A stretch of DNA of 64,000 bases from Centroscyllium fabricii (GCA_051313645.2 JBNRSN020000020.1:22878001-22942000), one strand, 5' to 3'. Positions 51,090 to 64,000 are shown, numbered from the stretch's first letter. Notes: a model not told the origin generated them from the sequence alone. Translations and numbers: made by a program.

Positions 51090-51250
51090 TTAGCAACGGA
51101 AGCCCAGACAGAGCCAGCTGCAACTGCTCTACAGACATCCTGGTTGAGATCAGCTAACTTGAGCACAGACCAGATAATCAATCTGGAGATCTTCCAGGTC
51201 TGTATGGCTCAGCTATGCATTGGATAAACTCCAGGCCATTGGATTTTCAG
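51090..51250 (-). mobile_element. Old tRNA-derived SINE-like remnant (similar pieces at ~41950-42050, ~43900-44040 and ~53300-53450)
   Basis: Shared pattern 'gagatcagctaact...cacagacca...ggtctgtatggctcag'. Confidence 0.45.
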
Positions 51251-52253
51251 TTTTTGTGGACCCTCAGGGATATCATCTCCTTGGCCCAAGAAGTTGACTG
51301 TACAGAGGAAATTGCTAACTTCTGACTGGTCACTTCAGTGAATTTGGCTCTTCAAATTGCAATTCCACTACAATCTGCTCTAATTATTTTCTGCATTAAA
51401 AAGTAATTTTGTAAAAGGCCACATCGTGGTCAGATGGCAAACCTATACAGTACTCAGAAGAGGCGCTCCAAGAAAGAGTTATTACTTTAAAATGTTGAGG
51501 AATTGATTTTCCTGTCAGAATTAAAAAATAAACAAACTTGCGTCACTGTGCGGAAATAGAGTACCATCTAACTAGTGGCAAACTAGCTGAAGTGCCTTCA
51601 TGTGGAAAGGACCGATTGCAAGCGCCCAAAATATTACCAACAACAATTCTGGCAATACCTATTTAACAGCAACAGCATCTTCAGCTCCACATACTTCTCT
51701 TGACAATTTTCACTTGCTGGCAGAGTTTTTAATGTTACAATTATCTCCTTTTTCGTCTCCTTCCCACTACAACTTTAAATCCATCCTCTCCCATAAACTG
51801 ATTCATTTTTAAACTATGGCAACAAATGGACGTCATAAAAAACAAGGTTTCTAAAAAATCTTAGAATGTTGTAGTTAAATAATTAAAATTCTCTATTTGA
51901 CTACCGATGTAATTTCCATAGCAGACTGATTAATGCAAGTATTTTCTGTTCATGTTACCACACAGAAGGATTATAGAAAATTATTCCCATCTTTTAGATA
52001 CTTCTGGCAAGGTAAATTTTGTTGATGTGCTACAGCATTAATGCTTGGTCCCTCATTTAAGCAAGCAATTCAATTACTAAACCAGTAAGTATATTCATGA
52101 TAATACACATGCTATCTATTCAGGATATTAATAGCTTCATCAGGGCTTCGGACTTGAATATTTTGTTGCTATTTTGCTGGAATTTATCAAGCAACACGGT
52201 CCAATCACAAAAAGTATACCAAGACTTTAATAAACCAAGGTGGCCATACATAC

Positions 52254-52351
52254 TGTTTATTGGTTTCCATGGAAAAAGAAACTTTATCTCCTGTTTCAAG
52301 TTGGACATTTCCATCAACATCTTCAGGTGTGTATGTCAGATAAAATACTTC
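52254..52351 (-). CDS. CSDE1: CSDE1 coding exon (98 nt): EVFYLTYTPEDVDGNVQLETGDKVSFSMETNK(H)
   Basis: Manual translation matches UNR EVFYLTYTPEDVEGNVQLETGDK; tag acceptor at 52352-52354, gtatg donor at 52249-52253. Confidence 0.97.
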
Positions 52352-55300
52352 CTAAACCACCAAAAAGTAATCAGTTAGCTTTTAAATGAAGTTCACGTTC
52401 CTTAGTACAATTATGTACAGTAAATTAAAAACTTCTTTTAGCTTAAATGTTTGTGTATGCAATAATGTACCACCAGCTTCCTGCTAAAATGGTCAAGATA
52501 GAGGAAAGTACTTAAATGTCAAGTTTCTAAAAGAGGATTTATATAACTTGTAGCTAGTTGCCATTAGCGCTATTCAGCTAGCTGTAATAAATACGCCACC
52601 ATTACAATCGAAGACACTGATATACAGCCCTAATCATTCAGACTTTAGCCTATATTAAGAGGCTGCCTGTTTAAAGATGGTTGCTATAAACAGCCTTGAA
52701 GACAACATTTTGCTGGCCCTACAGTACCAAATTAGCAGATAGATAGTGGTACACACAGTTACGGTCTGGAAAATCTGAACACTCAAAACATGCAGGCAAA
52801 AAACTAGATAGCAGTTTTTAAAAAAGGTTAAACAAACATTAAAACAGCAACATAAAAATACTAATTACAGGTGCACAAGACCTGCTGCACAGATTATACA
52901 TTATATTTCAAACATCTGGCCCATCATTTTTTAAATTTAAAAACCCCAATTTTTGTGGACAATTTCTCTGTGAAACAGTGCGACATTTCTCTATAACTAG
53001 CCCGTGGGAAAAATGCACGACTGATTAAAATTAACTTTCAGGAGGGAATCTACATTTAATTTATTGCCATCAGTTGGCAACAGCTCAGATTGGAACACGG
53101 GATTTCAAGTACAAGCTGATACTTTCGAAAGTATTTACTCGAAGTTATCTTTTTCACCAATTCCATTTAAAATCTAACAGTTTACACATGGCTCATGGTG
53201 GCAAGAGTGTTGTCAATCTTGCTCAAATGCAGGGAATATCAGCTGAGCCCAATCCTGTCCTCACCCAATGTTCACACAGATGCATTTCTAGTCCTGGACA
53301 ATCAGAAGGAACCTGGATCAATTCCCCCAAACCCAGGGTCATTGAAGTCAATTCCAGCGCCACTACTGATGCCCAGCCGAGATCAGTTAATTCAGACTGG
53401 TCACAGATCAAACCTCGCACTTTTCTAGTCTCTAAAGCTCAGCTATTCAATTGAAAAACAACCACTGGGGATGCCTATAATGCTCGGCATGCAGCAATCA
53501 CTTCTTTCAAGTACAACAGAAAATTGCTATAAATATTCTTCCTTCCTAATTTTTCATACCCACTGAACCATCTGACTAAGCAGTCAACGTGCTTGAATGC
53601 CACCCTTGAACCAGCCACGAGAACATTTTTACATTCCCTCACCACCTTCTATGCCACCTCCACCAAAGCAGCACAGCAGAGATCAAGTAGTTAGTATGTG
53701 GAGATTAAGAGGGGGCAAGAAAGAGGAGACGCAAACATTTATAGGCCAATTACATAGTTTGCATCAATGCAAACTATGCAGTTCAATTCAGATAGGAAGT
53801 CACCCAATAAATAGTCTCAACACTTAAGATGTTGTGAAGCAAAGTTTAACAAATTACTAGAAGGTCCACTGGAGTACTTGAAACATTTTGAACTAACAGA
53901 CAATTAAGCAGAATTTGGATGCAAATACAAAGTTCCCATTTTCCCTAATCACAGCACTAAAGAGGCAGCAGGATAGCAGGTCTGCCAGTCTTTTGCTGTG
54001 AACAGGTACTAGCCTCAAAACTGGCACACATAGTAAGACACTTAAAACAAATGGAGTGGGTTGGAGGAGGGTAAATGGGTTGGATGACACGGTTCCACCG
54101 TAAACGAAAAAGGTATCGGATTTTCCCCACTCAAAACCATCCAAATCTATCTGTAAATTGTTGCATCTTGGTGGGTAAAGAAAAAGTTAGCTGTGCAGAA
54201 ATGGACATTAACCACATGCTCAACATTATTACACAGAATTACAAAGTGTTATAAAATTCCTCAAAAGGTCAGTCTCCCATTTACACTTGGGTTTAGCTCG
54301 AAACGTGCCAATTAAATGTTTTACATACTCTGGTAGATAACTGCTTCCCTTATAACATGCTTCAATGGTAACCCAGTATTGGGAGGAAAATTAATTCAGC
54401 TAAGAGGAGAGAAGGGCAAGATAGCATATGGTAGACATTTTAAAGACACAGATTACTGCAGTAGCATTTCCTTGAGAAAGGCTCGGTGCTAAAGAGTTCC
54501 AAAGCAATACCCTGAGAAGAAGAAAAACTAACAGACGCCAAGTAGCTCAGTGGCTCAGGCCATTGGCAGAATGCAATTCCCCACAGGGTACAGATACAGA
54601 ACAAGTGAAAATATTCAAAGGGCAGATGCATTTGCACCACTCAACTGAGTGACCAATTTAATAGCATTACATTTACAGTAGGTCGAGGAACAGGTCACCT
54701 ATCCACCTGGGTGAAGAAATGGTGCAAGAAACAGAGGTAGGAGATTGAGGCCAGCTGCCAAGATTCCTCTTCTCCCATAGTTTGTCCAACCAAACTAAGC
54801 AGTGCTCCTTAGTCTGGGTATGACCGGAGCAGCTCCAAAAGCTGTCAGAAATGATGCAGCCCTCAGCTGGGAAGATATTTAACTAGAATACAGCACTTCC
54901 TACTGGCGAGGGGAGCTCAATCTCAGACTCACAAACAAGGTAAAGTAACAGGACACCGCTTCCTTAAAAAAGGGGCCAAAAATGGTCCAGTTTAGTCCAC
55001 ATAGTTCAATAAAAGCAATCTGCCTTGCAACAATCCATTTTTTTCTATGATTGTTTCCAGGAAAGCTTCAGATGGATGAAAGTAGAGCCTCTACAAAGCA
55101 AGACTGGTTTAACAGAACTTGGAGCCTGCCCTAGGTAAAGGCTCAAGGGCTTCTTGCATGCCGATCTACAGGACCACAAGACTGCATTCTGTATGCAGAA
55201 ATAACCAATAAAAAGGCAGCTTTCTATAGCATTTCACCATAAGCTGGGTACCAATAAGCATGGAAAGGACCTTTCAAATCCCACTATAGAAAAGAACTCC

Positions 55301-58300
55301 ATTTATAAGCCAAGACGTTTTTCAAGGGGTATACCAGGATTCTCACTGCCCTTCTTCCACCCCCTTCCCTAACAGAAGACAAGAGTGAGATAACCTTAGG
55401 TCTTCATTCAATACTGTCCCAAAGATCTAAACAGCCACATTAGAACAAATAGGTTTTAAGACGTCAAAGACAAACAGGACAAGAAAACTTGCAATCCATT
55501 TTCTTTGGCGCTTACCTAAACAAATAATTAAATGGTTCCATCAAAAAACACAAAAAAAATAGGTCTAACACGGATGTTACCCAAACATTTTCTTTTAAAT
55601 AAATAAAAAATATATTCAGTCTTAAGTTTATATAGATCAGGATGCTGTTGAATTTTTAGACATATTGAGAAGTAATTCAGGAGAAGGTTGTAGCAACACT
55701 GAATTAACTAACACCACAGACCGCACCAAAATGCTCAACATTCGAGTCCTAATGGTCACTGCCATTACACTGAAGCGCCAATGTACATTGTGAAGCGAGG
55801 GTGGTGCAGCACTATCTCTCTACTCTGATAACTTCCAAATCTCTACCAGTGTTATGGGAGGTACTGAGTGGAGACCAGAAACTTCTCCACAAGAGTCAAA
55901 AATAAGCTGCTTTCACACCCGTCCCCAGCCAGTTCTAAACAACAGCAGGAAGCAGTTCATCCACAGGATGTTACAGGTCATGCAAGGTCAAGGATTGGGG
56001 GTGGGCAGGAATATAAAGGATGAATAACCCTTAAAGTATCTCCATGAACAAACTGAAGTAAAACATTAACTGTGCACAATGCTTTGAGAGTACAAACCCA
56101 ACTTTGTTTTATCCCTACCCCACTCCCCAAAGTTTCCCAAGGGCTAGGCCAACTGCAGACAACCTACTTCCAGATTAATGCTCTACCACTCAATCAACTG
56201 CACAATAGTGATACTCTGGCATTTTCCCGACCCCCACTTCACTACAAGGAAACACCTAGTTTCTTCTCCATACCCTCCCCACAGCAACAAGCTGAATGCA
56301 GAACTCGTGCTGTGTGGAATTATGGGTATAAATGCATCCCACACTAATATCCCAACATGCTGCATCACCACTGCTTCCGTGCACAATGCTTTTTGATTTC
56401 CACTAAAAAACAAATGGACCCCAACCTTCTGGGCAGTACTGTAAGTTACAATTCGCTGCAAAGCATCCAAAAGTAGGATATTCCACTGTGTTGGTAAATA
56501 TGGTCTTGGTGCCATGAGGCGGACACAAGAGCTGGCTGACCACACAGACAAATGAAGTGCAGAACCAACCCAATTGCTTTCAACTCAAATCGATTTATTG
56601 CTGCGCTACTGAAAGCTCCCACTTGAAACATGCTTAAATACCTTCTCAATCAAGTACATGCTGCAACTGGAAAACTGATGTTACTGAGAGACAGCATAGA
56701 ACCCCATCTACCCTCAAAGTAACCGGTTCACAAACATCTTTCAGAGGACTGCAATACTAAACAACTATTAAATATAAATGTCACCACTTTTAGCAACATA
56801 GCCAACAAAGGTTCTGGGCCAGTGATTGGCATCAAATTCCCCATCAATTGCGAGATGGCATTTTACATTTAGTCTCATTGTTACAGTCCCCAAGATACAC
56901 CACGTCCGAAGCATGCGAGTTAGTTATAAAGCAGGAAAGAAACTAGGTCCTGAACTACATTATCAATATGGAGATCAGTCAATGCCCTAGATCGGTGACT
57001 TGGTTGGCCATTGTAACCTGCTACACAAACTCACTAGCTGCGTCTGGACATTATGGCACATCCTCAATGCTACCTCCATCACGGACAGGATTAGGAACAG
57101 GTCATACTCTAGTTTGAAGATACTGTAGTGGGCAAATAGCAGGCCGTCTGTTCTAAAGAGTGCGGAGATTGAACTGACACAGCCTTTTTCCAAATGGACT
57201 TGCCCAACAAAGTCCTCAATAAAAGGAGCAAATCCCAAGGATTTTGACAACCAAATTTGTACTCCTGTTTCATCACAGACAAAAGGCAGTTAACTCTCTC
57301 ATGATAGTCCAAGAAATGAACAAAGGAAATGCTGTCTCAACAATCGTAATCTAATGAAGTCCTCCTTTTTAAAAGGGGTTGCCACTTGTTCACTCCTCTC
57401 AAACACATCATAAAGTGCAGCATAATCTATCAACGGGCACTAATTTGTAGTTGGAAGTTTTAAAACTGGTACTTGGCAAAGAACAGAAATTTCACGAAAA
57501 AACCATGGAGGTGAAATTTAAAACGAAGGAAAAAAACAAAACTGAATGTGATGCTGTCGGCAGGTGATTTTATTTACAGGAATAGCATCACATGGTTACT
57601 CTATGCAGGGCATAATCATACTTTGAAAAAGGGATGGATTTAAAAAAGGTATGCTGTAGTGAATTCACTCAAGGGATTGCTGGACATTTTCATGGTATGT
57701 GGAGGATAATGCAGAAAAGAAATTATTCCAGGAAAATGCCAAAGCATTCAAGGAGAAACAGCAAATCCCTATTACCAAAATTTCAAGGCGGCCAATTTTG
57801 CCCTTGTTGCAAAATGACAGCAGAATAACTCCAGCAGTTGAACAGCCAATATTCAGCTCGCTGAAGTCCAGTTAGTTGCCCATTTCTACCATGTAAGTGG
57901 CCAGGAATCTTTGATGGGTCTAATACCAAACCCTGAAGCACACAAAACAGACAACACCTATTACAGTTGCTTTCCTACACAGTTTCAGGCAGGAAGTGTG
58001 GAGTCAATACAATATGGTTCCAGAAACCTGTTCCCTGATTAAATTGAAGTTATTCATGTTGCTGAAATTTATCAGCTTGTAGTTAGTTAAGGTTATATCC
58101 ATTTACTTATCTCATGCCCAACTTGGAATCACAGTGGCCAACGTGTCAAAACCTTTGTTAAGATGAGTTATTAGATGTGGAGCATTCGCAATTACTTTTT
58201 AAAGAGAGGTTCTCCACCAAACAATCCACGAAAGTAATATCCTTGTGGGGGAAAAAAATCCTTCCTCTGGCAAAGAAACCAATTCATTGCCTGCTGTGGA

Positions 58301-59764
58301 AATCAACCACAATATAAAAAAGGAAGTCCTGTGATGAGCGAGTGTGGAATTCAAAGTTTCAGAAATCCCATTTTCTACAATAGGGATACTGCCGTACGTT
58401 GAAATGTTAAAGCATTTTTACACAACGTATTGCTGCTGATGTTTTTGTTCAAGTTAGTCACTGCACAAGAGACCAACATCTTTAGTTGAGATGAGTGCAG
58501 GCAATACACTGATCTACAGCAGACACAATCTTGGAATGTGTAAAAACAAGCCAACATCACAAACGCACTTTACAATTACCGTGGCTACCTCTGATAACCA
58601 GAACAAGAGAACTTTGCATCAGATACTCAATCCATAGATTAGAACAAGGCAAACGAATGTGTTCCAAGAGGGTCAGGATTGGAAGCATACAGTTTTAAGG
58701 TTTATAGAAGCCAACCATTCACTCTGAACAACTGGCAATCTTTTCCAAGTACATAATTTTGATCTATTTTCCCCACTGGAAGCCCTTCCAAATGAGTTGA
58801 CAGCAGATTCTTCCCACCATTCTTGCTCCTAAAAATCAGACAACAGGGGTTAAAGTGGAATTGTCCTCAGCCATAGAAGGTCTGCTTCTTGAAACCTTTC
58901 TATTGCTTAGAGAAAAATGTAAGTTTCGCCATAGCTTTGTCCTGTGTACTGCTCTCCAACGACAGCTTAGGCCAGAAAATCTGCCCAATAACCCAAGACA
59001 GGAGCCATCTCAGCACAAAAGAATGGAACACAAGCCCTAGTGATAATAGCATCACATGCTGTCAGATCATGCATCTTCTTTCACACAAGGTTCGGGTGTC
59101 ATCAGCCATGTGCATCTCTGGTATCCAGGAATTCTTATGTCCATTTTGACCCTCTATGTACTGCATATTTGCATAAACAAATACCTTTCCCTTAAACCAA
59201 TACAGGGTGATATCTTGGAGCTTGTTGATGAGGCTCCATCCGCAGGTAAAGATGCTGAAATCAATGTTCGTAAGGTGCTGCAAGGATCCAGTTTTTTTCC
59301 CAGGGACTGAAACAAGCATTTGTATTAAACTACAAAAGGTGGCAAATCTTCCAAGTGTATTAAAGGTCATGCACAGCACACACTGAAGGAATGTAGCTTG
59401 GAGCCACACAGTTTCTGCAGTGGGAGAATCTGGTTGATACATCAAAGCCACATTTGGACATTTCCATGCTTTTGCCAAACAAAACGGATCTTTTTGCTTC
59501 ATTATGTACATTGTGAAACTACAGTCTTTAAAAAACAAAGTTTAGAAAAAACTAAACTTATAATTAAACAAAGTTTACCCCACAGGAGTGTTTTACAATG
59601 ACTTTTCTTCTTCAAACACTACCCAACTGACAAAGAGGCCAAAATTACCACTCAGCAAAGCCAAGAGTAAAAGGACCAAGGTTAATGGGGTATGGAATTT
59701 AATTTGGGGTGGAAGGTTACCCACAACATAGGAGCCATCCAATTTAAAACAATCTGGCTGACGT

Positions 59765-59776
59765 ATGCATGCATGC
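59765..59776 (-). promoter_or_regulatory. Overlapping (T)GCATG Rbfox-type splicing motifs downstream of the cassette exon
   Basis: Minus strand reads gcatgcatgcat, ~75-85 nt into the intron. Confidence 0.55.
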
Positions 59777-59850
59777 CTAAACTCAAGTGCCTGTATGGGC
59801 GACCTACCTGAAGATCATTTATTACCTGGAAAGACAAAATCCAATCTTAC

Positions 59851-59949
59851 CCCATTGCGTTCATAGCACACACTGCCTGAAGTCTGACCAGGAGATGAAG
59901 CTTTCAGCCCAGATTTGTTCTCAAGGTTAAGGGGAGCAGCACAGACAAC
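59851..59949 (-). CDS. CSDE1: CSDE1 coding cassette exon (99 nt), homologue of the alternatively spliced UNR 'exon 5': VVCAAPLNLENKSGLKASSPGQTSGSVCYERNG
   Basis: Homologous to VVCAVPHNLESKSPAAPGQSPTGSVCYERNG; cag acceptor at 59950-59952, gtaag donor at 59846-59850; phase 0/0. Confidence 0.95.
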
Positions 59950-60566
59950 CTGGACATACCATGACATAACAAAGAATAATGTCAGGAGGGTACATGAAGG
60001 CTTTCCAGGGGTTGAAAATGCCACTGGTCCAAGGCCCCAGGTCTCTCTATTTTTGGGTTTAGACCAGCAGAAAATATTCCTCCAATGTCTTATGAACTGG
60101 TGGAAAAACTGTGACCTTCTGTTATAGTACCAGATTTCTGCCCCTGGGTATCCCAGTCATACTACAGCACTTATGGTGTCTAGCAGCAGTAATTCGGTAC
60201 TGAAACAGTAATATCAGACCTGCAATGGCCCAACAACCTGAATATATTGGCAGCGTCTGTTTCCAAACCACTACATCCAACTTTTCAACCCCTGATTTCC
60301 AGATGATTTGTTGGCAAAAAAAAGTTCTCTTAAAAAAGGTCAGTGGTTGCCAAGAAACTGTTTTAGTTGTTGAAGACACCAACAGTAAGCAATTTGCAGA
60401 CACTGTTCTATTAAAGAAAGGTAGCTTACTCACCAATAGGTATAGTTTCCTTCAATCATGAAAATAAGTTATCCTCCACATACCATGGGAAATATCAAGT
60501 GATACAATGGGATAAGCACTACAGTCATCTGTCCCTTCAAGAGATTTACCCTGGAGTATGCAACTT

Positions 60567-60704
60567 CCCTCCCACACACCCAAATATATGTGGGAAACCT
60601 CTTTCCAATCCCCTCCCACACCCCCAAATATATGCAGGAAACCTCTTTCCAATCCCCTCCCACACACCCAAATATATGCGGGAAACCTCTTTCCAATCCC
60701 CTCC
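60567..60704 (+). repeat. 44-bp tandem repeat, 3 units
   Basis: Unit ccctcccacacacccaaatatatg[tg/ca/cg]ggaaacctctttccaatc. Confidence 0.93.
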
Positions 60705-62659
60705 ACCAAAAGTCCGTTTTCACTTAATTTCAAGAAGGGTATGTACATTCCATGGTGTTAAGATATCCAGAACAAGTCAGACCTTTGCGCTTCTTAAAAC
60801 CAGGAACATAAAAAGTATCAAAATGGAAAGCCACATACAAGAACCCCATTATTGAAGCAAGGGCTAGGTTTGGGGGAGAAGGGTCAGGGAAGAGGAGAGA
60901 GACAAGGAACAGTATGTAGAGTACAACTTCAAAATAAAATGGAATTTATAAAAAAAGAGTAAATACACTTAATTTGTTATTATCCTCCACAAACCACGCA
61001 TACCTCAGAGAAAGCAAGAGTCAGAAAGACCTTACTAGTTAGATTCGGACAGGCTAACCGTCCTGTCAAACTAATATCCCCATTAGCAGCCAAATCACAG
61101 CATTTGCAGACAGTATGAATATTATGCCACTGTGGTCCACACTGCAATCCATGTTGACTTTTTTTTGTGTGATCAAGGTAGGTAGAAGGTCATGAAGCCA
61201 CCCAGAATTCAGACACCGCAGTTAGCAGGAATTCAAGAGTTCACACAAGCTCATCGTAAAACAAAAAAGGCACTAAAACATGTCGTTCACTCACCCTGAT
61301 ACTCAAGCCACAAGAATGACAGTCCCCCACATTAGATACTGTCCCATAGCTAATGAATAAACAGATTCAAACCCACACTAGTGCTGATCTTCTCTGCCCC
61401 CCTTCATAATTTTACTAAATAGATTACCCATTCAACTCCTCTAATGGAGTGCAGAATGCAGATTATAATTCTTGTGCATCACAATGGAACAGTGTTCCAC
61501 ACCCTTTTGTAAACACTGCAGGCAACAAGACCTTAGGGACTGCACACATGGCAAGCCCTTCTCGGCCTACCAAAAATGAGAAATCTTTTCTAATCACTCA
61601 GTGATGGATTAACTGAATGCCGTATCTGCAACTGTGGACCAATTAGTTAATCTGTAAGAGTCAGGGAAAGGACCGTACAACATACAAAACATTCCTGCCT
61701 GTTGAAAAGCCCGTCTCCAGAAAGGAGGGGAAATCTAACAACAATTAGAATGAACCAGATTCCCTCCTTCTCTACCCCAATAACCTAATGAATTAGAACA
61801 CATGTAATCTCTCCACCGGGATGATCGTCTGATGAATTAGAACATGCAGGAATTTATCCCCCCATCAAAAAGAGACTTGTTTATTCAGGGAATACAATGT
61901 CAGATTTTGGAGGGCCCTTTTGCAAGGGTACATCATTCACCTGCTTTAGTGTTTGGCCAGCCAATTGGGTTGCCAGCACGGACATCCAATCTCAAATATC
62001 CTGAAGGGGCACCATTCCTCTTAATTTAACAAAATTCAACCACGGCAGTGCTAGCCATCCACACAAGACCAACTGACCTTAACAGGGTTGAAAATACTCG
62101 ACACCCAACCAAGACAAACAGAACAAAGAAACCATGTGGTCTTTCCCTACAAGTTCCCCAAATGTCGTCTTCCTCCAGTTGGGGTATCTGTGGAGATAGT
62201 TGTAGCATTAAAAGCCCACCAATATATCTGTAGCTTTTCTACCACTGAAAATCTTACACCAATGTATTACCCATCCCAATGATCACATACGCTGGATGAT
62301 TGTGTGTAATTTAGTCACAGTGATCTTAAACCAACGTACAATACAACCAATATGGTCGTCAGCACTAGCCGGAGCCCCAGTACTCGTATGGTCTGATGAG
62401 CAGGGTTCCACTTCCGAGAATCTGGAATTTCGATTCCAACTTAAAGCAATACCTTAGTTAACTCCGACACGTGTCCAGGTTTGGTAATAGGTCTGGGCAG
62501 TTCTCCGAGTTCCTTTCTCAGCTCAGTATGTGTTCTCACTGAGCAACTATTCACAAATGAGTGAACATACCTTTAATTTCTCCTGTTCACTTTATAGCAT
62601 AGGAATAAAAGTTGACATGAGGTGGGGTGATGAAAGGAGAAGAGGGGGATAAAACGTGC

Positions 62660-62661
<2 letters not shown>

Positions 62662-62700
<39 letters not shown>
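62662..62700 (+). repeat. (GA)n microsatellite; (UC)n on the CSDE1 pre-mRNA
   Basis: Read directly from the sequence. Confidence 0.97.
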
Positions 62701-62705
<5 letters not shown>

Positions 62706-64000
62706 ACAATACAATCCCCACGTACATTTTGATAGACTCTCAAAAAAGAGTACCATCAAGCTTTCCTTGCTCTGGTACTCTCTGGTCAAATCGATTGCAA
62801 CATTTACCATACAATCTCCCTCCTGTTCTCCCCACCCAGGTCTCTGGTGGTACTGGTGATGAGCCAGTCAGGATGATGACTATGAGGCTACCTTACTATT
62901 GTGTCCAGTTGGTGGTCATTTGCATGACAATTGTGCTTTAGTCTTTTGCAGGGTTGCCCTCTGAGACAGAGAGCAGCCTCTGTTTCACAGGGCAAATTTG
63001 AGGGAGGGGGGGAAAAGAGAGGAGGAAAGAAAAGCAAGAAAGATTGGGTAGAGAATATCTGTACGAAATAGAAACTAATAAAAAGCTTAGTGCAACTGAA
63101 GGGCAATTCAATTGGAAAAATTCATTGATTTTTATTTTAATCGGTGCATGCCTGTAGAACAGGCAGGCCCAAATGCCAGGACTGTACAGATCCCATGCAT
63201 CTGCAGACTGTACATCTACACAGCATTCTCAATAAGAAAGACTGGGTCTGTAATGTCTAACCCAGTTGGGCCACTAGTATAAGCAATATGCCTAGCACAC
63301 AGAAAAGGATAAGCAAAACAGAGCTCCCACCGCTCGTTAGGAAGCCCATCTGTAAACGTTTTATTACTGACAGCAACAAACCCCCCATAACGTACAAGCA
63401 TGACACAAACAGTCATATACCTGAATGCTGTGACAGTCCCCACAGTTAATATGGTCCAAAAGTCTAATGAATAGCAAATTACATTGATTTCAAAGGTGGT
63501 GATTGACTGACTGTTTGAGGCACAGAGCTCTTTCCCTCCTGACCTACCCAATGTTTTTCTTACAAATTAAATAAGGAGCACAGACCAGAAATATTGGGCT
63601 TGACACGGATTGTGTCATGGAAAAATTTAATCATTGCGTTGGGAATGTCAGTTCCATAACCACACTCCTCCTGAGCCACCATTAGTTCAACGATCAGTGA
63701 AATCTCAACCACCTAAAAGCAAGAGCGGTTTCCCTGCAGGCGTTTGAATTTCTATATACACTTACCTGATGAGATCTTCACTACTGAAGTACAGATTTGC
63801 ATTCTGGCACAGAATTTATGCCAGCATTTGACCACACTTGTTTTCTGTGCAGATTCTGGGTCTTCCGTTTATTTCCATGGATATTAGAACTGCCTCCTCT
63901 TGAAACAGTAAAAGTTCTATAAATTCCAAAATTCTCAAATGATTTTTTTTTTTTTTTTTTTAATTGAGAAAACGGATTGAAGGGCCAAGACCTTTCGTGC

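Noticed and set aside
62385-62470. CTGATGAG suggesting a hammerhead ribozyme or C/D-box RNA
   Set aside because: No GAAA closing a stem II and no matching stems I/III; it is also antisense to the host gene, unlike an intronic snoRNA

Overview
Vertebrate genomic DNA, most likely from an elasmobranch (shark): it carries HE1-type V-SINEs, SacSINE1/Deu-type SINEs and CR1/HER1 LINEs. The whole window lies inside a CSDE1 (UNR, cold-shock-domain RNA-binding protein) gene on the minus strand. Eleven internal coding exons (59949 down to 3029) have GT-AG sites and splice in frame; the first and last exons lie outside the window. Introns from 1 to ~51 kb are packed with transposons: the 3' part of a Gypsy element, a solo LTR, many CR1 copies, SINEs, a Harbinger remnant, Penelope-type hammerhead remnants and six TA-flanked Tigger/pogo-like MITEs. 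The last ~10 kb, around the alternatively spliced exon, holds no transposon I recognise. Highlights: (1) a MITE family whose TIRs differ between copies but mostly match within a copy, carrying CpG-rich palindromic NRF1 motifs and YY1 motifs in variable number; (2) several unannotated splicing candidates: a 12-nt KKEK microexon with SRRM4- and Rbfox-type motifs, an 18-nt in-frame microexon/recursive site only 25 nt after the cassette exon, a hairpin-enclosed 12-nt microexon, poison-exon candidates and an AG|GTAAG ratchet site. Everything was read by eye with no database searches. Family names come from recalled consensus features and repeat boundaries are approximate.
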